Assembly: GCA_964490765.1 (NCBI GenBank)
Contig: CAZBDV010000004.1
Span: 17,439 to 81,438, forward strand
DNA: 64,000 bases
DNA from: an uncultured Candidatus Cloacimonadota bacterium
Lineage (GTDB): Bacteria; Cloacimonadota; Cloacimonadia; Cloacimonadales; JAJBBL01
Direction of reading: 5' to 3'
Part shown: positions 19,670-28,947 of the stretch, one piece after another
How positions within the stretch are numbered: the first letter of the stretch is position 1
Layout of the letters: each line of letters starts with the position of its first letter
Program-made: the position numbers and the translations under genes
The notes under the pieces: generated by a model
Database searches by the model: none
What the model was told of the DNA's origin: nothing
What the model saw: the letters and a program-made list of their open reading frames with translations, nothing else

Positions 19670-21724
19670 TTATTCACTCTCCTGATAAGCAGCGATAATC
19701 TTGGCAGCTTCTTCTTCAGGCAACTTCTCATAGTGAGAGAATTTCTGATTGAATCTTCCCCTTCCCTGTGTAAGGGATTTCAGGTTCGGGAAATATGAGA
19801 AGAGTTCCGAGAGAGGTAGTTGGGCATTTAGTATCTGCTTCTTACCCTTCTGTTCCATACCGAGTATCTTCCCTCTACGGGTAGAAACATCCCCCATTAC
19901 ATCCCCCATATACTCCTGCGGAATAATTATCTGAACTTCGTGGATCGGTTCCAGGATTATTGGCCTTGCTTCCTGGAATCCCTTTTTTAGTGCCTGTGAT
20001 GCTGCCAGTTTGAATGCCAGCTCAGAAGAATCTACATCGTGATAACTGCCAAAATAGCAATCGATGTAAATATCGACTACAGGGTAACCGGCAATGATTC
20101 CCTTCTGCATTGTTTCGACTACACCCTTTTCTACTGCTGGTATGAATTTGCTCGGTATAGTGCCACCAACAATAGAGTTGATGAATTCGAACCCCTCTCC
20201 ACGTTCTCTGGGGCCGATCTTGAAATGGACATGTCCGTACTGGCCTCTGCCACCTGACTGCTTCTTATGCTTGTATTGAACATCGGCATTACCCATGATA
20301 GTCTCTTTATAAGGTATCTTGGGGTCGTTCAATACAGTGTCGATCTTATAACGGCTCTTGAGCTTTTTCTGGACCATTCCGATCTGAAGCTCTCCGATTC
20401 CTGAAAGCACATTCTCCATTGTCTCTTTGTTCATTTCGAGACGGAGTGTTGGATCTTCATCGATCAATCTAGTTAAGCCACTACCTATCTTGTCCTCGTC
20501 ACTCTGGTTAACCGCTTTGATGGTTTTCCAGTAAACAGGAGTAGGTAGATCCGGATGAATGTAACTCCTCTTGCTGTTTGGTTCTGTTATGGTATTGAAC
20601 CCACGTGCCACCTTCAGTTTCACCAGTGCGCCAATCTCTCCAGCCTTCAATTCTGAAGCATCTTTACGGGTCTTGCCCAACAGATAATACATAGAACCGA
20701 TCTTATCTTTATTATCCTTCTCGGGGATAAAAACATCCATTCCGGATTTCAAGGTTCCGGATAAAACACGAACGTAACCAATATCACCAGTTATCGGATC
20801 TGCTACAGATTTAAAAAGGTAGGCAAGAAGAGGTCCATCTTCACTGCAGGTGAGAATCTTTGTTTCTTCATTATCTTTTATTTTTACTTCCTTTTTGTCA
20901 GCGGGTGAAGGAAGATACTCGACAATACCGTCCAATAACGGAGTGATACCGACCTCTGTTCCTGCTGAACAGCAAAAAGCAGGGATTAACATACCTGCTG
21001 CCAGACCTTTCTGAAGTCCGGTCAAGATATCTTCGTTACTGAGAGTACCGGCATCGAGATATTTGTTCAGAAGGCCTTCATCTGTCTCGGCAATTGCTTC
21101 CAGCAGTTGCAACCTCAAGGTATCAGCCTGCTCCTTCATATCGTCGGGAATACTGGTATAACTCCCCTGCAGATGAGCCTTCTCTTTAACAAGGTCGATT
21201 ACTCCTTCAAAAGTATTCTCTTTGCCAATGGGAATAATTACCGGTACTGGAGTGATACCCAGATTTTCTTTGATTAGTCCCAATGTCTTGTCAAAATCAG
21301 CATGCTCGTTATCCATACGATTGACGATAATAGCCGTTGAAAGATTGTCACGGTCTGATAACTGCTCCAGAGTCTGTTCCAGACCTACCTCAAACCCCGC
21401 TGCGGCATTGGCTACGATAAAAACAGTGTCAGCAGCTGTGGCACCGGCTATCTGGTCGCCCACGAAATCAGCTAAACCAGGTGTATCAATGAGGTTTATC
21501 TTGTGATTCTTCCAGTTAAAATGAGCTATGCTCAAGGTTAGAGACATACCTTTATTTATCTCTTCCGGATCGAAATCCATGATTGTGTTACCTTCTTCTA
21601 CTTTTCCAATTCTACTCGTCGCCCTGGCCTGATGTAACAAGTGCTCGGCCAGAGTCGTCTTACCAGCTCCGCTTGCCCCTACAAAGGCAATATTCCGGAT
21701 CTGCTTCATGTCATTACTCATCAT
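19670..21724 (-). CDS. elongation factor G paralogue (EF-G2-like translational GTPase)
   Basis: 684 aa. G1 VGASGAGKTT, G3 DTPGLADF, G4 NRMD, and EF-G domains II-V recognisable. Not located in an rpsL-rpsG-fusA-tuf context. Confidence 0.85.
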   Translation of the reverse strand: MMSNDMKQIRNIAFVGASGAGKTTLAEHLLHQARATSRIGKVEEGNTIMDFDPEEINKGMSLTLSIAHFNWKNHKINLIDTPGLADFVGDQIAGATAADTVFIVANAAAGFEVGLEQTLEQLSDRDNLSTAIIVNRMDNEHADFDKTLGLIKENLGITPVPVIIPIGKENTFEGVIDLVKEKAHLQGSYTSIPDDMKEQADTLRLQLLEAIAETDEGLLNKYLDAGTLSNEDILTGLQKGLAAGMLIPAFCCSAGTEVGITPLLDGIVEYLPSPADKKEVKIKDNEETKILTCSEDGPLLAYLFKSVADPITGDIGYVRVLSGTLKSGMDVFIPEKDNKDKIGSMYYLLGKTRKDASELKAGEIGALVKLKVARGFNTITEPNSKRSYIHPDLPTPVYWKTIKAVNQSDEDKIGSGLTRLIDEDPTLRLEMNKETMENVLSGIGELQIGMVQKKLKSRYKIDTVLNDPKIPYKETIMGNADVQYKHKKQSGGRGQYGHVHFKIGPRERGEGFEFINSIVGGTIPSKFIPAVEKGVVETMQKGIIAGYPVVDIYIDCYFGSYHDVDSSELAFKLAASQALKKGFQEARPIILEPIHEVQIIIPQEYMGDVMGDVSTRRGKILGMEQKGKKQILNAQLPLSELFSYFPNLKSLTQGRGRFNQKFSHYEKLPEEEAAKIIAAYQESE

Positions 21725-21992
21725 TAATTCCCCCGTTGCATTTATTATGTATATTTCTATTCAAACAATTATAAGGCCCCTATCTTGTCAATAGAAAGAT
21801 ACGCTTATAAACCCTTAATTTTCTGTCTCTTATTGTCCTTATTTGTCCGAAAAAAACAGCCGAAAGGAAAGTGTGCTAACTTGTTGTGGGTCAATTAATT
21901 GCAAACACCCCAATCCCACCCCGTTAACCAGGAATAAAAAAAATGAGAAAAAATCATGCTCACAGGAGTCAGAAGAGGCCATTTTGATATAT

Positions 21993-22019
21993 TTAGCACT
22001 CTTTTGTGTAGATTGCTAA
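21993..22019 (+). promoter_or_regulatory. CIRCE-like inverted repeat (putative HrcA operator) upstream of the hsp20 cluster
   Basis: TTAGCACTC-N9-GATTGCTAA read directly. The CIRCE consensus is TTAGCACTC-N9-GAGTGCTAA, so there is one mismatch in 18 arm positions. It lies 71 nt upstream of the first hsp20 ATG. Confidence 0.55.
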
Positions 22020-22089
22020 TTTTTTCTTGCTTTTTTGTCGAAAGCGATTATATATGTATATAGAAAGACTTAATAAGGAGGTTAGAACA

Positions 22090-22524
22090 ATGAGACTACC
22101 GATAATGAGGCGCGAGGAACGTCAGTTAGACAGCAGGCCGGTACGTTCTCTGATTGATGATTTTCTTAAGAACGCTTTTTTCGAGCCGGAAGAAGAGGAA
22201 TCGAAGCTAATGGCAATGGATGTTATAGAACGAGATAGTGAGTATGTTCTGAAGGCCAATTTACCTGGCATCAAGAAGAAGGATATCAAGGTATATATAG
22301 AGGGCGAGAATCTAGTTCTTGAAGCGAAGCGTTCTGAGGAGAAGGAAGAGAAGAGTGAAACCATGTATAGATGTGAACGATACCGGGGTGATTATCGCCG
22401 TGTATTCACCATACCCGAAGATTGGGATTATGAGAATATCAAGGCGAATTATGATAATGGAGTCTTGAATTTAACGGTTCCCAAGAAAGAAGTCAAGCCT
22501 GAAAAAGAGATTACCGTTAAATGA
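22090..22524 (+). CDS. Hsp20/alpha-crystallin small heat-shock protein, copy 1
   Basis: Alpha-crystallin domain (DVIERDSEYVLKANLPGIKKKDIKV...GVLNLTVPK). ATG 22090 is preceded by AAGGAGG. The ORF-track start 22027 lacks an RBS. Confidence 0.9.
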   Translation: MRLPIMRREERQLDSRPVRSLIDDFLKNAFFEPEEEESKLMAMDVIERDSEYVLKANLPGIKKKDIKVYIEGENLVLEAKRSEEKEEKSETMYRCERYRGDYRRVFTIPEDWDYENIKANYDNGVLNLTVPKKEVKPEKEITVK

Positions 22525-22575
22525 GAGTAGAACATTAAGGCAAAATTGTGATAAAACATTGATAAGGAGGTTGCT

Positions 22576-23004
22576 ATGTTACCACCAATAATCAAGCCCA
22601 GTCAGGATTTGTTTCCTGAAATCTCATCGATGTTGAGTGATTTTGTTGATAACGCCTTTCCAGCAAGAAGCGAGAAAGAGGGTTTAATGATGCCGATAGA
22701 TCTTATTGAGACAGAAAAGGAATTCATACTGAAGGCAGATCTACCTGGTATGAAGCGCGAGGATTTGAAGGTATCCGTTGATAAGAATACTCTGACCATA
22801 AGTGGTAAGAGTAATGAGAAGAGAGACAAGTTAGAAGGGACTGTCTATCGAGATGAGCGCTACAAGGGTGACTACCATCGTATGATATCGTTCCATATAC
22901 CGGTCGATCTGGACAACATAAAAGCCAGGCTGGAAGATGGTGTTTTACTGATCAATGTACCAAAGCGAGAGATAAAACCGAAGAAGGAGATCAATATCTC
23001 GTAA
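22576..23004 (+). CDS. Hsp20/alpha-crystallin small heat-shock protein, copy 2
   Basis: IDLIETEKEFILKADLPGMKREDLKV...GVLLINVPK. AAGGAGG RBS. Confidence 0.9.
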   Translation: MLPPIIKPSQDLFPEISSMLSDFVDNAFPARSEKEGLMMPIDLIETEKEFILKADLPGMKREDLKVSVDKNTLTISGKSNEKRDKLEGTVYRDERYKGDYHRMISFHIPVDLDNIKARLEDGVLLINVPKREIKPKKEINIS

Positions 23005-23024
23005 AATTGAGAAAGGAGGCAATT

Positions 23025-23456
23025 ATGAACTTTTTAACAACGAGAACGAGCAGGGATTTGTTTCCCATGATGTCTTCTCTGTTCGACGATTTTCTCAGTA
23101 ATGCCTTCAATGACGAACAGACGGAAGCCAACAAGATGATGCCGATGGATGTATCCGAGCGCGAGAAGGATTATGTGATCCGAGCCAATATGCCCGGCAT
23201 CAGGAAGGAGAACATCAAGATATCTGTATCCAGCAACAATGAGTTAACTATCGAAGGTAAGCAGGAAGAAGAGAAGAGCGAGAAGAACGAGACAGTTTAC
23301 CGATTTGAGAGGTACAAGGGTGATTACCGACGCACGATCTCTATGCCCGATGTCTGTGATATCGATAAGATAGAGGCCAAGCTGGAGGATGGAGTATTGA
23401 CATTACGAGTCCCGAAGAGAGAGCCTTCACCAGCTAAAGAGATCAAGATCGGTTAA
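23025..23456 (+). CDS. Hsp20/alpha-crystallin small heat-shock protein, copy 3
   Basis: MDVSEREKDYVIRANMPGIRKENIKI...GVLTLRVPK. ATG 23025 is preceded by AAAGGAGG. Confidence 0.9.
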   Translation: MNFLTTRTSRDLFPMMSSLFDDFLSNAFNDEQTEANKMMPMDVSEREKDYVIRANMPGIRKENIKISVSSNNELTIEGKQEEEKSEKNETVYRFERYKGDYRRTISMPDVCDIDKIEAKLEDGVLTLRVPKREPSPAKEIKIG

Positions 23457-23480
23457 TTCTTCTCAAATGTATTCTCGTAA

Positions 23481-23517
23481 CCGCAAGGTGGGATATTTCC
23501 TCCCTTGCGGTTTTTTT
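23481..23517 (+). terminator. rho-independent terminator of the hsp20 cluster
   Basis: CCGCAAGG ...14 nt... CCTTGCGG followed by T7 (23511-23517). Confidence 0.8.
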
Positions 23518-23580
23518 GAAATTTCTTTACTAATTAGATAAGAAGAAAAGAGTGGTAACTATAAAATCTGAGGAGGAGTT

Positions 23581-23808
23581 ATGATTGATAAAGAGCAGGT
23601 GGAAAAAGTACTTGATCTTGTACGGCCTTCGATCCAGTCAGATGGGGGAGATGTCGAACTGATAAAGGTAAGAGAAGATAATGTAATCGAAGTCAGGTTG
23701 AAGGGTGCTTGTGGGACTTGCCCCATGGCTACCTATACGTTAAAAGCCGGGATAGAAAGGGTTTTGAAAGAAAAGATTCCGGAGGTCAAAGAGGTTATTT
23801 CGGTCTAA
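23581..23808 (+). CDS. NifU C-terminal-domain (Nfu-type) Fe-S cluster protein
   Basis: 75 aa. VRPSIQSDGGDVELI and GACGTCPMATYTLK (CxxC) are typical Nfu/NifU_C motifs. GAGGAGG RBS. Confidence 0.85.
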   Translation: MIDKEQVEKVLDLVRPSIQSDGGDVELIKVREDNVIEVRLKGACGTCPMATYTLKAGIERVLKEKIPEVKEVISV

Positions 23809-23918
23809 CAGATTATCCTGGAGAAGCAAACAGCAGAAACGATCCGGCAAACAATACGATTTGTTTACCCTTAAGTAGATAGTAAATGTTCGCTATAAAT
23901 CAGTTAGATCTCTAGCTA

Positions 23919-25682
23919 TCAGTCCGGTCTTCTGACCGTAGAGGGTTGTTTTGCAGTCAGCAGCAGCCTGAATTTTGGTGAGAAGATATGGGTTGGATAT
24001 TCTGTTAGGAATTCTGTCAGCATGTTCTCATATTCCTGTTGCTTGTTTTTTTTGAGTTCAGCCAGTTTCAGGGTCGCATAGCCGAGCAGGGTTTCATTCT
24101 GGAAGGGGTGAGAAAAGATATCTTCAGCAATATCATACTTTCCCGCCTCCATTGCCCATAAGCCACTAATCATAATAATCTCTTCATCGTTTGTATTCTT
24201 ATCTATCGCCAGTAAGCGGTCTAAGGCTTCATCTTCTTTATATATACTCTTCAGTCTGTAAGCTTCCAGAAAGGTGTTTCTGACCTGGGATTTCATTTCG
24301 TGGAAGATAACGGTCAGAAAGAGTGCTTCTCCCGTCAGTTCGTTTCCCGGCATACCGATAATCATTTCAGTGAGGAGAGAATCTGAGGGGTTACCATATT
24401 CCATCAGTACAAGCATGAACCTGTAGTAGTGGCCCAGATTGTTGATCTGTGATCCGGACGGTTCGTTTCTCAGTATGCTCTCCAGCAGGTTTCCAGCCTG
24501 GTTATAATTCTCACTCATAACCAGATAATGGGCAACTTTCAGATCGAGTTCTTTCTGTTCATTTCGGTTGAAGGCGAAGTTCTTAGCCTCTTCAAAATGG
24601 ATGATCACATCATCCTGTGGCTCATCAAGCCGGATTGCTATGTCTGCCAGAAGTTCCCTCGCCTGCCTGTTTGCCCTGGTTCTGAATCTCACCTGCCGGT
24701 CCTGGATTCTTGTGTCCTCAGTAATCTCTCGCAGCACTTCCTGTGCCTGCCGAAGCTGGTTCTTACTTATATGGAGTTGTGCGATTTTTATTCCGACTTC
24801 AGCCGATTTGACCGGGTCTGTTATGCTCTCCCGGTATTTCTCGTATGCCTGTCTGGCGAGGTCGATATTGCCGGCTACAAACAACTCATCAGCGAATCTA
24901 AACAGTTTTTCCGGTTCCAGTCTCTGATAGACCAGAAAAGCATCCTCCAAATTACCAATGTGAGCGAGAGACAGGGCATAGAGTTCCAGGAGAATCTGCT
25001 CTTCTGAATCGGCAAGCCTGTTCTCGAGAGTACTGATTCCTTTTTCGTCTTCATCAAGTATCCCCTTGATCCTGTTTGTTACGAAAAAGAGATAACCTGG
25101 ATTCCTCTCCAGATGATTGATATATTCTCCGATAGCTTCAGGATAATCATTGATCTGTTCGTAGTTTCTGGCTAATTCCACGGCAAAGATATGATCGTCA
25201 CCGGTAGTTCTGCGGGCCTGTTTGAGCACATCGATCGCGATTTCGGACTGTCGTTCCCTTTCATAAACGAGAGCGAAATTCCTGTATTGTGCAATGTTAC
25301 CGGGATTATCACGAAGATAATCCATTCCGGTTTTCCTTGCCTGCGAGGTTTCTCCTTTTCTTATCAGTATTGATATATTCATTTGAGTATAGACATCGGG
25401 TGCAAAGATATCTTCATAATCTTCCAGTATCTGAGCAGCAGCCTCGACCCTGTTCAGGTTGAGCAGTGTATTGAAATAACCTGTTACGATCTCCTGATCT
25501 TCAGAATATCTCTCGATAAGATCTTCATAGATCTGGAGTACCTGAGCGAATTCTCTTCGAGCTTCCAGTCTACGTATCTGATTCATCATTACCTGTTTAT
25601 GGTCGTACTGGCCGGATATACCTATACTGATGATCATTATTCCCAGCAGTAAAAGGACAATTTTCGTTCTGAACAAATTCAT
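23919..25682 (-). CDS. signal-anchored TPR-repeat protein
   Basis: N-terminal hydrophobic segment, then helical repeats with TPR-like spacing throughout. Starts 4 nt after the stop of the upstream 1086-aa gene. Confidence 0.65.
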   Translation of the reverse strand: MNLFRTKIVLLLLGIMIISIGISGQYDHKQVMMNQIRRLEARREFAQVLQIYEDLIERYSEDQEIVTGYFNTLLNLNRVEAAAQILEDYEDIFAPDVYTQMNISILIRKGETSQARKTGMDYLRDNPGNIAQYRNFALVYERERQSEIAIDVLKQARRTTGDDHIFAVELARNYEQINDYPEAIGEYINHLERNPGYLFFVTNRIKGILDEDEKGISTLENRLADSEEQILLELYALSLAHIGNLEDAFLVYQRLEPEKLFRFADELFVAGNIDLARQAYEKYRESITDPVKSAEVGIKIAQLHISKNQLRQAQEVLREITEDTRIQDRQVRFRTRANRQARELLADIAIRLDEPQDDVIIHFEEAKNFAFNRNEQKELDLKVAHYLVMSENYNQAGNLLESILRNEPSGSQINNLGHYYRFMLVLMEYGNPSDSLLTEMIIGMPGNELTGEALFLTVIFHEMKSQVRNTFLEAYRLKSIYKEDEALDRLLAIDKNTNDEEIIMISGLWAMEAGKYDIAEDIFSHPFQNETLLGYATLKLAELKKNKQQEYENMLTEFLTEYPTHIFSPKFRLLLTAKQPSTVRRPD

Positions 25683-25686
25683 TCAC

Positions 25687-28600
25687 CTACTCCCGTTCCA
25701 TTGCTCTAATATTAATCAATCTGAGATACTCTCTTATTAGTTCCTGGTATTCCTGTGGAAAGTTCTGATAGTTTTCCTCGAGTAATGCCCGCTGTCTCAA
25801 TCTCTGGAACTCCTGCTGCACATCGGGTGGGAGTGACCATTCTTCCTCTTCCCTTGTTTCACCCCTTCTCTGTTCGGAATATTCTCTCTGATGGACCGAT
25901 TTGTTGATATCCAGCAGGCGGGAAAGGATTCTCTCCTGTTGCCTGATAAGGTCATCATCGAGCCTGTTCTGTCGTAACTGTCGTGACACCGATTCCAGTT
26001 CCTCGATCAACTGATTGAGAGCATTGGCCTGTCTCTGTGCTTCCGGGTTGGTCTCCATCAGACGTCTTAGATTTTCTGCAAGCCTCTCCTCATCACGAGC
26101 CAGGCGCTGCATCTGTTGCCGTGCTTCCTGACTGTAACCCTCAGAGCCACCCAGCATATCGAGTAATTGCTGAGTGAGCATATTCATTGTCATCTGCTCC
26201 TGACCCATCTGCTGCATAGCCTGCATCATACTTTCCATCGCACCACCAGGTCCCTGTTGCATATTGTCACGGGTCTGCATCAGATTGAAGATCATCAGAT
26301 TGATCCCCTTTTGGACATTGTTGAGATGATTACGAATATTGGGGTTTCTCGTATTCATTATTTGATTGAACATCTCACGGTAGGCGGTCAGAGTCATATC
26401 GGCATCCATAATAAACTTCGGGGTGATGTAAAGAATGATTTGAGGAGAACTATAGAGTTTCTGCAGGGCAAGTTGCAGGGCATCGAATCCGGCGATGAGA
26501 TCGGGATAGATGGGGAAGGGGTCCTGAGCGAGCCTGTTTGATGTTACCTGATGTTCCTGAGACAGGGCGAGCAATCTTCTGATCGTAGCCTGTATTACTT
26601 CTGCCATATTGGACATACTGCTGGACATCATAGATTCAGTCATCTCGTCTAACTTCTGTGTCATTCTCTGCATCTTCTGAAGAGCCTGTTCCTGGCTGGA
26701 GACAGCTTCACTCATATTCTGATTTTGTAGATGTTGAGAGCTCTCTTCCAGATCCTGGTCGAGATCTTCAGCTTCAATCTGCTCCTGCAGTTCTTGAAGA
26801 GCTTCCTTGAGATCCCTGTCCTTCTCGTCGTCCATCATTTCGGTCGCCTCTTCTAACTGGTCACGCAGGGCGTCGAGCTTCTCTTTTATCTTATCCTGTT
26901 CTCCTGCCAGAGCTTCACCGTCGGCACTCTCCTGCTCTGTCCGCTCCATAAGATCCTGTTGCATCTGTTCCATCTCTTTAGAGATAGCAAGTGCCTTCTG
27001 GATACTCTGTTCTTTTTTGATATTTTCTAGCAGGTCGAGTGTGTTCTGCAGTTTACGGTCGAATTCCTCCATCGAGAACTTGAAGTCTTCCATCGCTTTC
27101 AGGAGTTCCTCCCGGTCCATATCTTCCATTGCAGCCCTCATCTGTTCCATCATCTCCTGCATACGTTCATCAGCGATCTCCTCCATCAACTCCTTGATCC
27201 TCTCCATCTTCTCGAGTGTCTCCTGTGACAGGGAGGGGTTATCCTGAAATTTCTCCAGTAGTTGCTGATATTCGTCGGCGATGCTGTCTATCTGCTGGTT
27301 GAGATCCTCCTGACGGTGTAAAAATTGTTCCAGTTCCTGCCTGTCTTCCCAGTCAAATTCTTCTCTTTTCATCATCTCACGCCTCTTTTGCTCGAATTCG
27401 TCCTGTAGTTCGCGAGACTGATCGATAGAGCGCTGGAAGGATTCCATCTTCATCTCCTCTTCCCGTTCTATTTCGGCAAAGATCTCCTCTATCGAGGGAA
27501 AGCGAAGGATATACCGCTGGCTTGTAGCTGTTTGGGGAGTCGGGGCGTTATCGGTTATCTCTGCCCAGTAGATGACTCTGTCTCCCGGTAACATATAGGT
27601 TCCTGACAGGTCGAAGATGTAATCGTATTCAAAAGTCTTCTGAGTAATCCGTTCCTGGAGTGTTTCAGCAATAACTTCGTTCTCGTTTATCTGATAATAG
27701 AGCTTGAGATCCTGTAAGCCAAAATCGTCCGTAGCAAAAAACTTCATCTGTTGCATCATATTCTGGGTGAAGATAGTATCCCTGCCGGGGTAAACGATCT
27801 TGATTTCCGGAATCTTATCGGGAATGACGGTAATCTGTCTCTCCAGCCGTCTTGCCTCATTACCAAGAAAATCGGTCAGTTTGAAGTGATAACTACCGCT
27901 CTTACTCAGCCTGAAACCGGTTTCGAAAACGTTTCGCCCCATTCTTTCCATCTCGAGCAGGGAGCCGTCCGAGAAGATGAGTAGTGCTTCTTCCAGTGGA
28001 TTATTTGTTTCGATCTCTACCCGTACTTCTGTATTGATGATACCTCTGATGTTTCCACTGCTCTCATATTCCGTCTCCGGTACCAAACCGGTATATTCTG
28101 GATAGGTATAGCGAAGTGTAAGATTGCGAACCGACGGTTCTTCATAGACCTGAACGAAGAAGGTATCTGATGAGGCCTGGGTTGTAGCAACATAATAGTG
28201 AAATGAAAAGTCTGGATTATTGAAGACTTTACGGTTCTGATATAGTACCTCGGTACGCCAGGTATCGTTCTGCCTGAAATAGAGTGTGTGGGTCATATCC
28301 GGTTCCGGATCGATTACTTCGATTGTTAGCGGAGTATTACGGGAGATGGATATGTTTCCCGGTGAGACAAGCACATAATCCCGATAGGTAGGTTGTGGAA
28401 TGCTGTTGGAGGTGAAGAATCTCCAGGAGTCGAGATATATACCGGGACTAAAAGCTGTAAATATGATGGTTATCAACAGGGCGATCAGAAAGGGAGTGAA
28501 GGCCTGCTTGAGCCTGCTTCTTTCCGGTTCTATCTTCTGGTTGGCTGCTCTTTGATTGGCATTGTTATAGAGTAATTCAAGGATGTCACTATCCTTGTCT

Positions 28601-28947
28601 TCTCTTGTTGAAGAGAGTTCAAGGGCGTTCTGGTAGGTGTCACTCTGATCTTCATTATAATTATCGAGAAGCCTTGCAGCTCTATTTTGAGTCAACCATT
28701 GATTGTTGGTCTGCAGAACGAAATAGACAGCCATGAGAGCGAGAAAGATCTTCAGGCTGATAGCGAAGAGGAAGAGTTCGAAAATCCGTTCCGAGGTAAA
28801 GCTGTGGAACAGATAAAATAGATTGACGAGCACGAGATAGAGAGCGAGCAGGAGAAGCAAGTTTCTCGTAACCAGATAGAGGTTGAATTTATTGCGGTAT
28901 TTGATAATAATTTTCTGGAATCTCTGCATTACTCTTGTTTCTCTCAA
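25687..28947 (-). CDS. large membrane-anchored coiled-coil protein of unknown function (possibly DUF4175-like)
   Basis: 1086 aa. Has 2-3 N-terminal TM segments, a beta-rich middle region, a long E/Q/M/D/L-rich helical region, and a C-terminal ...FPQEYQELIREYLRLI. The DUF4175 resemblance is from memory only. The start is TTG 28947 (TTGA overlap with the upstream stop) or ATG 28929. Confidence 0.6.
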   Translation of the reverse strand: MRETRVMQRFQKIIIKYRNKFNLYLVTRNLLLLLALYLVLVNLFYLFHSFTSERIFELFLFAISLKIFLALMAVYFVLQTNNQWLTQNRAARLLDNYNEDQSDTYQNALELSSTREDKDSDILELLYNNANQRAANQKIEPERSRLKQAFTPFLIALLITIIFTAFSPGIYLDSWRFFTSNSIPQPTYRDYVLVSPGNISISRNTPLTIEVIDPEPDMTHTLYFRQNDTWRTEVLYQNRKVFNNPDFSFHYYVATTQASSDTFFVQVYEEPSVRNLTLRYTYPEYTGLVPETEYESSGNIRGIINTEVRVEIETNNPLEEALLIFSDGSLLEMERMGRNVFETGFRLSKSGSYHFKLTDFLGNEARRLERQITVIPDKIPEIKIVYPGRDTIFTQNMMQQMKFFATDDFGLQDLKLYYQINENEVIAETLQERITQKTFEYDYIFDLSGTYMLPGDRVIYWAEITDNAPTPQTATSQRYILRFPSIEEIFAEIEREEEMKMESFQRSIDQSRELQDEFEQKRREMMKREEFDWEDRQELEQFLHRQEDLNQQIDSIADEYQQLLEKFQDNPSLSQETLEKMERIKELMEEIADERMQEMMEQMRAAMEDMDREELLKAMEDFKFSMEEFDRKLQNTLDLLENIKKEQSIQKALAISKEMEQMQQDLMERTEQESADGEALAGEQDKIKEKLDALRDQLEEATEMMDDEKDRDLKEALQELQEQIEAEDLDQDLEESSQHLQNQNMSEAVSSQEQALQKMQRMTQKLDEMTESMMSSSMSNMAEVIQATIRRLLALSQEHQVTSNRLAQDPFPIYPDLIAGFDALQLALQKLYSSPQIILYITPKFIMDADMTLTAYREMFNQIMNTRNPNIRNHLNNVQKGINLMIFNLMQTRDNMQQGPGGAMESMMQAMQQMGQEQMTMNMLTQQLLDMLGGSEGYSQEARQQMQRLARDEERLAENLRRLMETNPEAQRQANALNQLIEELESVSRQLRQNRLDDDLIRQQERILSRLLDINKSVHQREYSEQRRGETREEEEWSLPPDVQQEFQRLRQRALLEENYQNFPQEYQELIREYLRLINIRAMERE

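Noticed and set aside
21786-21796. The 11-mer TTGTCAATAGA is shared between the EF-G/hsp20 spacer (21786) and the nrdD spacer (62068).
   Set aside because: By rough estimate, hundreds to thousands of exact 11-mer pairs are expected by chance in 64 kb read on both strands. It probably reflects only TTGACA-like -35 boxes.
26807-27247. 146-aa Ser-rich ORF on the plus strand inside the 1086-aa gene.
   Set aside because: It is antisense to the E/Q/L/M-rich coiled-coil region. Reverse-complemented GAA/GAG/CTG-type codons naturally give stop-free Ser/Phe/Leu-rich frames. It has no RBS and is low-complexity.
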